A stretch of 63,668 nucleotides of DNA, counting the filler, from Octopus bimaculoides (taxonomy: Eukaryota): NCBI RefSeq assembly GCF_001194135.2. It is 6 parts of 6 records of this genome, joined end to end, with 100 filler letters (N's around TTAATTAATTAA, not from the genome) between each part and the next. Parts side by side here need not be neighbours in the genome. Positions count along the whole stretch, not along the records: positions 4,410 to 14,113 come from NC_069000.1; positions 14,214 to 38,610 come from NC_068981.1; 4 more parts are not named here. The stretch is one strand, 5' to 3'. A model generated the notes under the pieces. That model was not told the origin of the DNA and made no database searches. It saw only the letters and a program-made list of their open reading frames with translations. Below, piece by piece: positions 13,268-24,696 of the stretch (position 1 is its first letter; every line of letters begins with the position of its first letter). Made by a program: the position numbers and the translations under genes.

Positions 13268-14550
13268 TGTGTGTGTGTGTGTATGCATATATACATATTT
13301 TATATGTACACACTTACATATATATGTATAAATATGCATATATGGGTACAGGACGTCATAAAATGTAAACAACATGAAATATGAAACACAACATGAATTA
13401 CGAAATACGAAAACAACGTGAGATACGACGGCAAACTTGGGTATGCGAACAACGAGAGAAACAAATGAAAAACAAGACAAGTAACATAAAGAACGACCTT
13501 CATCAGTTATCGGCTGTTTATCTACTCCAGATTTCGAGCAATTAACGACAATATGAAGCTTCGAAAAACAGTTGCTCCCGTGAACCGAAATAAAATCTGG
13601 GATTTTGCGGAGGGTCAAAATTGGTAACAAAACAGGACAGTGGAGACATACAACAAACCAAACGAAAACAAACATGGAGGGCCGTTAGGCCAGATGAGGT
13701 GAGGTAGCGAACGCTGGAGGAATATTCTTTGACAAGAGAAAAGATAGGAGAGGAGACAGATAAGAATGCGTCTGGTCTGTGCGACAGACTGAAGGAAAAG
13801 AAAGATGATCACGTGAGGTAAAGAAAGATAGACGATGGTCACGTGTGAGCAGCGAGAGAGAGTAAAGGAAGAAGAGGGAGAAAGAGAAAAAGAGAGCGAT
13901 AGAAAACGGTGGAGGGGAGAAAAAAAAGAATTAGAGAAAGGATGAGAGAGAAAAAAACGAAAGGGGGAGAAGGGGAGAAGAAAATAATTAAAGAAAGGGA
14001 GAGAGAGAAAATGAAAGTGGGAGAGAGAGAACAGTACAGGGTAGAGTCGCATCAAAATTATTAAGATAAACTCATCTGGAAATGAATACGTGGCATTCAA
14101 TCATATAATAATANNNNNNNNNNNNNNNNNNNNNNNNNNNNNNNNNNNNNNNNNNNNTTAATTAATTAANNNNNNNNNNNNNNNNNNNNNNNNNNNNNNN
14201 NNNNNNNNNNNNNAAGTTTAAAAAGTTTAAAGAAAAAAGTTTAAAGAAAAGTTTTAAAAATTGAAACAATTGAAAATATAAAATATACCTTTATGTGTTT
14301 GTGTGTGCGCGCCCGTGATGTGTGCGTGCGTGCAAACGTGTGTGCGCACACGCATGTGTGTGTGCTTGGTATCTGCAAAACTGCTTTATTCATCTCACCC
14401 TCTATTCTCTTCAGTCTCCGTCAGTCTGTCTCTCCCTTCTCTTTCTCTGTCTTTCTCCCTCCCTCTCTGTCTGTCTCATTCTCTTTTTCTCCCTCTTTCT
14501 CTCCCCTCCCCCTGATTCGGATCTTCTTCTTCTTTCTGTCATTCCCAATA

Positions 14551-14936
14551 GAGACTATCAGCCTGCCGGTAGAGCAGCTTTTTCTGTCTTCTTGTTTGTC
14601 TGTAAGTCTGCGGCCCGCCTACACGCCTGCCAGCAGGTCGGCGTAAGCGACCCGACCAATCACCGTGTTGTGTGTTGTCTTGCCTTTCAACCTTGTCTTG
14701 CAGTGTTATGTGCACGCCACTTGTTATTGTTATCTCAGTGGAGAAGTCGATCTGACAGACGTGCTGTTAACCAACTTGGTCCGATCGGGACAAGCCCCGG
14801 TATACAGACTGACAGAGAGACTGACTGGCATTTAAAATCACAGAAGTGTCAACGTCAACCACAACAACAGCAGCAGCATCACCGAAAGCGAGAGAGGAAC
14901 GAAAGAAAGTGGATCTAATTAATTAACTATACAACA
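14551..14936 (+). promoter_or_regulatory. Putative promoter/5' UTR of the CAP-like gene
   Basis: GC/CpG-richer unique sequence with a CCAAT box (GACCAATCAC, ~14655) and a (CAG/CAA)-rich leader directly upstream of the ATG. It follows a long CT tract ending in a possible acceptor (cccaatAG, 14550). Confidence 0.3.
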
Positions 14937-15089
14937 ATGTGGATGCTTAAATTACTAGTAGCTGTCCAGCTACTGACCCTCGCACTGGCCGGTGGTAGCA
15001 GTATAGGAATAGGACATTACCAACATGCTTTGATAACCTCACACAACAGCTACCGTAAAAAATTGTCGGGAGATGGAGTAAGATCTTTG
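14937..15089 (+). CDS. First coding exon of a secreted CAP/SCP/CRISP-superfamily protein (MWMLKLLVAVQLLTLALAGGSSIGIGHYQHALITSHNSYRKKLSGDGVRSL)
   Basis: ATG in ACAACAATG context with an in-frame TAA at 14916-14918. Encodes an ~18-aa hydrophobic signal peptide and the motif LITSHNSYRKK (CAP helix-1 HNxYR). TTG|GTAAGC phase-0 donor at 15090. Missed by the ORF track because the genomic ORF is only 54 aa. Confidence 0.65.
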
Positions 15090-16392
15090 GTAAGCTTCTA
15101 AATATACTTATTTTTTCTTTATTTGGTCCCTAAATATCTATTACCTTACTTTTTAATGACAGGTGGGGTATTCGCTCAGAAGTAATGTTTTCTTCAAATT
15201 TTTATGATTAAAATGCGGACGGGTTCTGTTTTAAAAACTTAGGACGGAATCAATTTTCGTTTTACCATTTTAGGTAACAGTGAAAATAAATCCTAAAGTA
15301 AGGACAGTTAACAGACAAATATTACTGAAGTGAATTCGAATACCCAGTCTTCGATGAAATGATAATACCAGTTTTTTTTAAAAAACCGAATTATTGTAGT
15401 AATGTTATCTATAGTCGTATTACAGTGATTTCTAATATAGACACAAGACCAGATATTTTTTGGTGAGGGGATGGAGGCAGTCGTATATATCGATCCGATC
15501 TCAGTACTTAACTACTTCAAAGTAGAAATAGTAAAAATAGACAACTCGGGAGATCGAAAATACGTTATTTACGTTTATTCATTGTCACGCAAATTCTCCA
15601 GGAGCCTTCCATTAATGTGAAACGTGAAGTTTCCAAGAGACACCAACTCGTATCACATGGGTTTCGATTATTGATAAGTAAACAATTTCGCCACTTTTCT
15701 GCACGATAGGCCGGCCGATAGGCTATTACTGTCGAGTAATGCATAAAACACAAACCAATGCTCTGAAATCAATACAACAGATACAAGCCCATTGATGGAT
15801 ACTGCTGATACTTGATACTACATATCTCACAATTGGACGAAACGAATCGTTATCGGATTGAAACTTATCACAGCATAGGGGGTAGGGAGCTGAAAATATT
15901 TCACAACTGATTGAATAACTATTTACCTACGTGCACACATGCACAGTACGCTAATGGTAAATAATACTTTCACAGTTAGCGATAAAACGTTAACTACATT
16001 CAGTATATATATATATATATAAACAATATATGAGTATATGCATATATATGTACATATATATAAACATGCATATATATGTATGTATGTATTATGAAAATAT
16101 ATACTATACATATATAAATGTGTGTAAATGCATAGCTATCTATATGAATATATGTACATACATACGTATTCATATAAAGATACGTGTGTGCACGTTCATG
16201 TAAAATATATACATATATATGCATATATATAATGTATATATACGCATATAATATATATCTGTGTTTGTGTGTGTGTGAGAGAGAGAGAGAAAGAGAGAGT
16301 TTGTATTTATGTATGTGTATAACGTTGTGTGCATATGTGCATATATGTACACATATAAAGATTGTGCAAGAGTTATAAATATGTATACATTT

Positions 16393-16425
<33 letters not shown>

Positions 16426-17166
16426 NNNNNNNNNNNNNNNNNNNNNNNNNNNNNNNNNNNNNNNNNNNNNNNNNNNNNNNNNNNNNNNNNNNNNNNNNNN
16501 NNNNNNNNNNNNNNNNNNNNNNNNNNNNNNNNNNNNNNNNNNNNNNNNNNNNNNNNNNNNNNNNNNNNNNNNNNNNNNNNNNNNNNNNNNNNNNNNNNNN
16601 NNNNNNNNNNNNNNNNNNNNNNNNNNNNNNNNNNNNNNNNNNNNNNNNNNNNNNNNNNNNNNNNNNNNNNNNNNNNNNNNNNNNNNNNNNNNNNNNNNNN
16701 NNNNNNNNNNNNNNNNNNNNNNNNNNNNNNNNNNNNNNNNNNNNNNNNNNNNNNNNNNNNNNNNNNNNNNNNNNNNNNNNNNNNNNNNNNNNNNNNNNNN
16801 NNNNNNNNNNNNNNNNNNNNNNNNNNNNNNNNNNNNNNNNNNNNNNNNNNNNNNNNNNNNNNNNNNNNNNNNNNNNNNNNNNNNNNNNNNNNNNNNNNNN
16901 NNNNNNNNNNNNNNNNNNNNNNNNNNNNNNNNNNNNNNNNNNNNNNNNNNNNNNNNNNNNNNNNNNTTTCTATCCTGTTCGACTGTGTTCTGTTGTCCCT
17001 TACCAGATGGTATAATGTAGGTACCAGACAATGCACTATGATGAACGTGAACGACTAAATCCCTTGAAGCCGGCGCTCCCATTACGGCCGCTGTCTAATT
17101 TTGTTGAAACCAGTTGAGGAATATGTGTGTACTTCTGTGTCTATGTGCATGTGTGTGTGTGTGTGG

Positions 17167-17197
<31 letters not shown>

Positions 17198-18232
17198 CGT
17201 GCGTGGATGTGTGTGTGTGTGTAAATATATGTGTAAATATATGTGTGTATACTTACAGAAGATAAAAAATATTCACATTGATAAAAAATATTCACACACA
17301 TATACATAGATACATACACACACATATATATACATACTAACAGAGACTGACAGATAGACAGGCAAAGAAATACACATACACATGAGCACACGCAAGCACA
17401 CACACACACACACACACCACCCTCCCTTTACCACACATACATAAGGTATTCTAGCTGCACGTCAATTGAAAACTGGTATCCACTTACAACTCACCTGGCG
17501 ACCGGTTTGAACACTTTGTACAGACTTCATGTCACATGTGTTATATATAAACACACTGTCTTTTACAGTAAATATTTTACACACACACATACATACGCAC
17601 AAATACATATACACACTCACACAAAGATACATACATAGTTACGCACACACAAATGGCATACATATATATCTGTATGCATGCATGTGTATGTATGTATGTG
17701 TGCGTATGTATATATATTTGTGTGTGTGTGTATGTATATATATATATATGTATATATATATANNNNNNNNNNNNNNNNNNNNNNNNNNNNNNNNNNNNNN
17801 NNNNNNNNNNNNNNNNNNNNNNNNNNNNNNNNNNNNNNNNNNNNNNNNNNNNNNNNNNNNNNNNNNNNNNNNNNNNNNNNNNNNNNNNNNNNNNNNNNNN
17901 NNNNNNNNNNNNNNNNNNNNNNNNNNNNNNNNNNNNNNNNNNNNNNNNNNNNNNNNNNNNNNNNNNNNNNNNNNNNNNNNNNNNNNNNNNNNNNNNNNNN
18001 NNNNNNNNNNNNNNNNNNNNNNNNNNNNNNNNNNNNNNNNNNNNNNNNNNNNNNNNNNNNNNNNNNNNNNNNNNNNNNNNNNNNNNNNNNNNNNNNNNNN
18101 NNNNNNNNNNNNNNNNNNNNNNNNNNNNNNNNNNNNNNNNNNNNNNNNNNNNNNNNNNNNNNNNNNNNNNNNNNNNNNNNNNNNNNNNNNNNNNNNNNNN
18201 NNNNNNNNNNNNNNNNNNNNNNNNNNNNNNNN

Positions 18233-18293
<61 letters not shown>

Positions 18294-18721
18294 CATACAT
18301 ACATGGATGCATGCATACATGCATACATACATATGTAGAGAGTGGAGGAAGAGAGGAGTAGGGATCTAGGAATACACTCTTTCATTTAATCCATATATGG
18401 TGTACTGTTGAGAGGTTAATTAATATCGTTGGTATCTCTAAAGTCAATCTGGCTGCTACATCTGGGACTTATGTTGTTTGCCAAAGAATATTTACGCACA
18501 CACGTGGTCAGGCAAAGTGTAGAATTATATCTGATACATATGTCTGTATTCTTAGTAATATTTATAGGATAATAAATGCAACAGGATAATACACAAATTT
18601 TCATTCTATACTCCACTCACTCTGCTTGCTTTATTCTCACGCGCACGTATATACATAGGTGTTTATATCTATCTGTCCCTCTATCTATCTATCTATCTAT
18701 ATATATATATATATATATATA

Positions 18722-18868
18722 TACGACGGGCTTTTTTCAGTTTCCGTCTACAAAATCCATTCACAAGGCTCTGGTCAACCCGAAGCTATATAGTAGCTGG
18801 ATGTCGCGCAGTGGAACTGAACCCGGAACCATGTGGTTGAGAAGTAAACGTCTTACTCCACAGCCATG
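18722..18868 (-). mobile_element. SINE family C, 5' half
   Basis: Reverse complement of the head and core. Related pieces lie at 9095-9230(-), 59375-59470(-), 40965-41118(+), 2770-2900(-) and 62385-62715(-). Confidence 0.8.
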
Positions 18869-18872
18869 TATG

Positions 18873-18904
<32 letters not shown>

Positions 18905-19122
18905 TGTATACGTGTGTGTCTGTGTGTGTATTTATAAGTATATATGTATGTATATATGCGTATATATACACACTACATACATACATGTGCTTATATACGT
19001 GTGTTCGTATATACTTATATATACATTTATACATGTGCTTATACATATGTGTGTACATACGTGTATGTGTGCGTGTGTATGGATTTATGTTGTCTACACA
19101 CGGACATTGTGCATGTGTGTGC

Positions 19123-19182
<60 letters not shown>

Positions 19183-19402
19183 NNNNNNNNNNNNNNNNNN
19201 NNNNNNNNNNNNNNNNNNNNNNNNNNNNNNNNNNNNNNNNNNNNNNNNNNNNNNNNNNNNNNNNNNNNNNNNNNNNNNNNNNNNNNNNNNNNNNNNNNNN
19301 NNNNNNNNNNNNNNNNNNNNNNNNNNNNNNNNNNNNNNNNNNNNNNNNNNNNNNNNNNNNNNNNNNNNNNNNNNNNNNNNNNNNNNNNNNNNNNNNNNNN
19401 NN

Positions 19403-19454
<52 letters not shown>

Positions 19455-19679
19455 CAAGCTATAAATCACTGGTGCGTTAGCAGTACATCATTTGGATGCC
19501 ATACTGGACTAAAGAATCTTGTTTCATTTATATGCTACGCTGGACTATAGAATCTATTTGCGAATGTTATACATGACTGTATGCTTTTTTTTTTCCTTTC
19601 TTTTCATTATGTGCTGGGTTAGGAAAAAGGGTTTGGGCCCATGACCTTTTTATGCCTTCTGTGACTAGTGTGTTTGCTG

Positions 19680-20420
19680 TCGTTTACGTTCCGTTTAAAC
19701 AGTTACAATTCAACAACTGCGGGGAAAAATATGAGGGGTGTGATGATTCCAGAGAGGCGTTATTCTAAAGACGAAAGATTGGACTTAGTGATTGGACTAT
19801 GGTACCTAGAGAGTTAGACGCAACAAAGGTGACCAGAGGAAGAAAGGTGAGTGGATAAGCGGACGAGGGACATGACCATCAAATTCCAAAAAACAGCGGC
19901 CGGTAATGTAGCAACATACTTATGAACCAGAAACTGGAGCGTGTCTGTAAGTGATTTTATATGCGAATCAGTTAAACGGCCCGATTCTGGATGCGATCCA
20001 AGATGTCGGTGTGTGTAGCAGCAGCACCGTTCCTGATGCGGAAGCAATATGTGTGTAACCCAATGTGGGTCACACTTGAGTTTCATTGTCGGTAAATGTT
20101 GAAAGAAGGGATAAAGTATATTTTGGTCTGGAGAGAAGGGCCAGTCTTTGAGATGCACGCCTTGCTATATTAAAACTGTATTTTCGCCAGGAGAGACTCT
20201 TCATGATAACAAGGTAAAACATTTGGATTGGCCGTGAGGGCTCTAGCTGAATATCGCTCATGGTTACTGGGAGAGGATAGAGGAAAGTTGTTTTTTTTTA
20301 ATTTCTTGCGTTTGAAATTTTTACTTTTAAAAGATTGGCACACCCACTAGAAGATGATTTCGAAGTGTCCGTTGATGGAATGAAATAGATATGCACACTT
20401 TGTCTTTACATGCAATATTT
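19680..20420 (-). mobile_element. Highly degenerate mariner transposase remnant
   Basis: Fragments MKLKCDPHWVTHILL (WVPH-like), HPESGR, AAVFWN (ATVFWD-like) and HPSYFSPQL (HPPYSPDL-like) occur in the expected order. Boundaries are approximate. Confidence 0.45.
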
Positions 20421-20518
20421 TCAGTGATCACCCGAGCCAGTTTCAATCTTCTAATGGAAGTGACCGAGGATCCTGTTTAACTGTTCACACACAACTTATA
20501 ATTGCTATTACTAAATGC

Positions 20519-20730
20519 TTAAGGCGGCGAGATGGCAAAACCATTAAACTCCGGATAAAATGTTTAGCATAATTTCTTCCGGCTCTACGCTGAGTTCAAA
20601 TTTTGCCGAGGTCGACTTTTTATCTTTTCAGGGGTCCATGAAATAAGTACCAGTTGTGCACTAGAGTCGATGTAATCGACTTCTCCCTTTCCCCAAATTT
20701 GTTGTCTTTGTGCCAAAATTTGAAACAATT
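20519..20730 (+). mobile_element. SINE family B
   Basis: AAGGCGGCGAGATGGCAAAACC head, family core, and TTGTGCCAAAATTTGAAAC end. Confidence 0.8.
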
Positions 20731-20738
20731 AGTACTAA

Positions 20739-20973
20739 GAGCTCACTTTAATCGGAATGACTTGATAACACGCTACTTCAAGCGCTAACAATGTTTCGCT
20801 TAATGGCTATACTCTGCTACAAAATATATCTGATGATTTTAGTCAACACTGCATGTGATAGTCAGATGGGAACATCTTTATATGCAATCTTTATATACAG
20901 TATCTTCATGGACATACGAAATTTAATAGTTAAACAGTAAAGATATATTGACTTTCTTATGAGTGTATGTATG

Positions 20974-21017
<44 letters not shown>

Positions 21018-21273
21018 NNNNNNNNNNTGTGTGTGTGTGTGTGTGTGTGTATAGAAAGAGAGAGAGAGAGAGATGCATATATATTTATGCATGCAAATAT
21101 GCATATGCGTAAGTATATATGTATGAATATAAATAAAAGATGGAGAGAAAGAAACATAGCTGTATGTGTGTCTATAAGAATGTATTTAAATACATGCATG
21201 TCTATGTGCGCGTGTATATGTACCTGTATGTATATATACACACACAGCTATGCTTCTTTCTCTCCCTCTTTTA

Positions 21274-21314
<41 letters not shown>

Positions 21315-21411
21315 NNNNNNNNNNNNNNNNNNNNNNNNNNNNNNNNNNNNNNNNNNNNNNNNNNNNNNNNNNNNNNNNNNNNNNNNNNNNNNNNNNNNNN
21401 NNNNNNNNNNN

Positions 21412-21507
<96 letters not shown>

Positions 21508-21722
21508 CATAAGAAAACCAATATATCTATACTGTTTAAGTATTAAATTTCGTATGTCCATAAAGATGCTGCATATAAAGACAAGATGTTCCCATCTGAC
21601 TATCACATGGAGTGTTGACTAAAATCAACGAACATTTTCTGTAGCAGAGTATAGCCGTGAAACGAAATATTATTAGTGCTCGAAGTAGCGTATTATCAAG
21701 TCATTCCGATTAACGTAAGCTC
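20739..21722. repeat. Diverged ~220-bp inverted repeat around a microsatellite core (foldback)
   Basis: 20739-20964 aligns to the reverse complement of 21505-21722 with scattered substitutions (roughly 80-85% by eye). Confidence 0.88.
21412..21504. repeat. (CT)n microsatellite
   Basis: Directly visible. Dozens of other (TG)n, (TA)n, (TACA)n and (CT)n tracts occur window-wide, most abutting N gaps. Confidence 0.97.
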
Positions 21723-22288
21723 AGATTGACTATAACTATAATTCAAAATGCCCAGTGGTATTTTAAACCATGCCACGCTAATTATACGCGAAGAATACGT
21801 TTCGAATACAATTTTCTGAGGAATGCTCAATAGCTTACTCTATAATATTCAAAAAACCTGAAGTACTCCTCGTTGAATTCGACGGAGCGCTTTTCCCTTT
21901 TTAAAAAAATAATATATGAATTGGAATTGAGCCAAAAATTAAAAACTGGTTTCCTCCACCATGTATCTTAGTATTCTTACACCTGCCTCCTCCTCTATAT
22001 GTGTATGTCTTCTTTACCAGTCTACCTGACGGTCTGTATCTTTGTGTGTGTGTATATCTGCGCGCGCATGCGTGCTTTATGTAACTTGTCCATCTTTCAT
22101 CTATCGCTACCTAACTCTTTTTGTGTTTGTACTTCTTCCAAGCATATATACACAAACATACATATACACAAATAAATAGCAACCCGCACAGTCACAAGCA
22201 TATATCAACAAATACACACGCATAGCTACACACACACACATACATACATACTTACATCCGTACGTATATACATGCATATATATAACTG

Positions 22289-22351
<63 letters not shown>

Positions 22352-22529
22352 GTATGTGTGTGTATGTATATATGTATATGTATACATATATACACACATA
22401 TGTATGTATTATGTATGTATGTATGTATATGGCGGCTGTCAGCTCCTTATCTTGTATGACCATCTGTTGTGCTAAAATTACAGGCGTAGTGCCCCTTTAT
22501 GTCATGTCTTCCCATGACGATGTCAACAG

Positions 22530-22778
22530 ACATCTGTATGGGATGATCAAAACTCCGCCTCCAACACTCCTCATAGTATTTCAACAAAGAATGCACCCAC
22601 CCAAGCAACCAGAGTATCATCGCGACTGCTCACGCTTACACCATACAATCCGTGCCCTCCCAAACAAGGAAACTCCGGAAGTTTCCTGTATTTCATTGGC
22701 TCAGATACACGTAATACCCTAATTGTAGCAACAAATGCCCCGTTATCTGTTTTGGGTTCCAAGATGCTCGAGTTCTAG
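22530..22778 (+). CDS. Weak candidate Ser/Thr/Pro-rich terminal exon ([16 protein letters not shown]...LGSKMLEF*)
   Basis: GC-richer unique island with a tcaacAG acceptor and 82 open codons. An overlapping frame from the acceptor at 22483 is also open for ~80 codons, so the frame is ambiguous. Confidence 0.2.
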   Translation, partial: TSVWDDQNSASNTPHSISTKNAPTQATRVSSRLLTLTPYNPCPPKQGNSGSFLYFIGSDTRNTLIVATNAPLSVLGSKMLEF

Positions 22779-23158
22779 AACTTAGGAAGTAAAGGAAGCA
22801 AAAATCTCATGTAACTCAAATTTTATAGTGATAAAGGCTTATGCAAACAAGTGCCGGTCTGTAAATGCTTGAAGCTGTTAAGCTGGTGTGAAGCAAAAAA
22901 AGGGATAAAATGATCAGAGACTACTACACCGAAGGTTTAAAGTCAGAGTAATCTTCCATATGCATTTATATATGTGTACATATGTAAATACACTTTTGGC
23001 TGGCCATTGACTCCTCTTGAGTTCATCCGTTCTTCTACAGGTTTTGCTTTTCAATCCGCAAGGTGTCCAAATAGATCGCCTGTTTCACAATGAAAATTTG
23101 GTGGAGTTGTTGATTTTGTCACCGACGACTTGACTAAATACACACGCGAGCGCGCACA

Positions 23159-24696
23159 CAATATCTCACAGAAGTATGTACACTCCTAAAAATTTCAGTA
23201 AAATCGCCATTACTCTGATAATATCGAAGGAAATCAAATGAAATTTGTACTGAATAAAATTTATTATACATGCAAACATTATACAAATTTGAAACACAAA
23301 ACAATAAACATTTTGAAAGATATGAACGAAATATTAATTTTCAACCGATACAGAAATATGTACACCTTAAAAGATTATTTGCTATACTCAATATTTGGTA
23401 TGACCGCCCTTGCTTTTGATGACTGCATTAAGCCTTCTGGGCATAGAGTCGATTAAATTTCTGCACATAACCGATGAAATCGACCTCCATTCATCTTTCG
23501 ACTGTGTTACATTGCGGGGTTATTTCTCCTCAAACTTCCTTTTCAAAACACCCCACAGATGTTCTATTGGATTTAAATCAGGTGATATGGTAGGCCAAGG
23601 CAATACCATTACCGTTTTATCTGATAAAATCTTAGTCGCCATCTTTGAAGTGTGTTTAGGGTCATTATCATGCTGGAACATGGAATGTCTACCTAGTTCC
23701 TTGATGCTTTTCAACAGTGTTTTCTGCAATATGTCACAAGAAAGCCTTGAATCCATTGTTCTCTCAATAAATGTGAGTTTTCCCACATCAGCCGCATTCA
23801 TGCATCCCCAAAACATAACACTTCTGCTGCCGTGTTTCACGGTAGGCACGGTGCATTTGTTGTTATTGTCTTTACCTGGTCGTCGCCATACTCGTTTAAT
23901 ACCATCTGACCCAAACGAGTTGATTTTAGTCTCATCAAAAAAAAAAATAATAATAATTTTATTCAAAAACTCCTCCTTACTCACATAGGTTTCGGCAAAA
24001 GAAAGACGACTTGATTTATGCCTGGTAGTGAGGAGAGGCTTCTTACGAGGAATGCGTGCATGAATATCACACTGGTTCAAACTTCGGTGAACTGTTTGGA
24101 CGGATACACTCTTTCCACTAACAGAAGACACTTTTGGGGCCAAAGATAAAGCGGTACGACGCCTGTCGTCCATCACGCAACGTTGGATGTGGCGAATATC
24201 ACGTGCAGTTAAAACAGGACGACTGGACGATGTTTATTGCTTAGCCGTCCAGTAGCTTTGTACTTCTGAATTACTTTGACAACTGTGTTTATGCCAATAT
24301 GTGTTCGTTTGCTAATTAACTAGTATCCTAAACCATTCTTGTGCAAATTAAAAATAATTTTCTTCAAATCTTCAGACAATTCTTTTCCTTTTGGGTTCAT
24401 TTTAATAACAATGAAGATTTTCACCACGGTACACAAATAGAGTTTCTGCGGATGCAATAACAATAACGGGTGCAAAAATGCCAGGAGAAATAATTTATTA
24501 GAACTAATATTAGAATTAATATTTCGTTCATATCTTTGAAAATGTTTATTGTTTTGTGCTCCAAGTTTGTATAATGTTTGCATGTATGATATATTTTATT
24601 CAGTATAAATTTCGTTTGATTTCTTTCGATATCATCAGAGTAATGGCAATTTTACTGAATTTGTTTAGGGGTGTACATACTTCTGTTGAGATACTA
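23159..24696 (-). mobile_element. Tc1-family DNA transposon, near full length, decayed
   Basis: ~180-bp imperfect TIRs (23159-23339 and 24514-24696) beginning CARTATCTCA(A)CAGAAGTATGTACAC, with TA at the right end. Encloses a transposase pseudogene. Confidence 0.93.
23388..24400 (-). pseudogene. DD34E Tc1 transposase pseudogene
   Basis: Starts MNPKGKELSEDLKK. Catalytic motifs FDETK, QHDNDPKH and SPDLNPIEHLW, with 34 residues between the second D and E. C-terminus MPRRLNAVIKSKGGHTKY*. Lesions: TAG at 24320-22, a 1-nt frameshift in the GRP linker near 24225, and TAA at 23520-22. Confidence 0.93.

Noticed and set aside
14322-14918. 198-aa ORF upstream of and in frame with the CAP-like exon
   Set aside because: Its first half is microsatellite and CT tract, the composition is not protein-like, and it stops before the signal-peptide ATG.
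22829-22860. KAYANKC peptide resembling the CAP 'AxxYAxxC' helix
   Set aside because: It lacks the preceding W...LA, the phase is incompatible with exon 1, and it is only 32 nt; probably chance.
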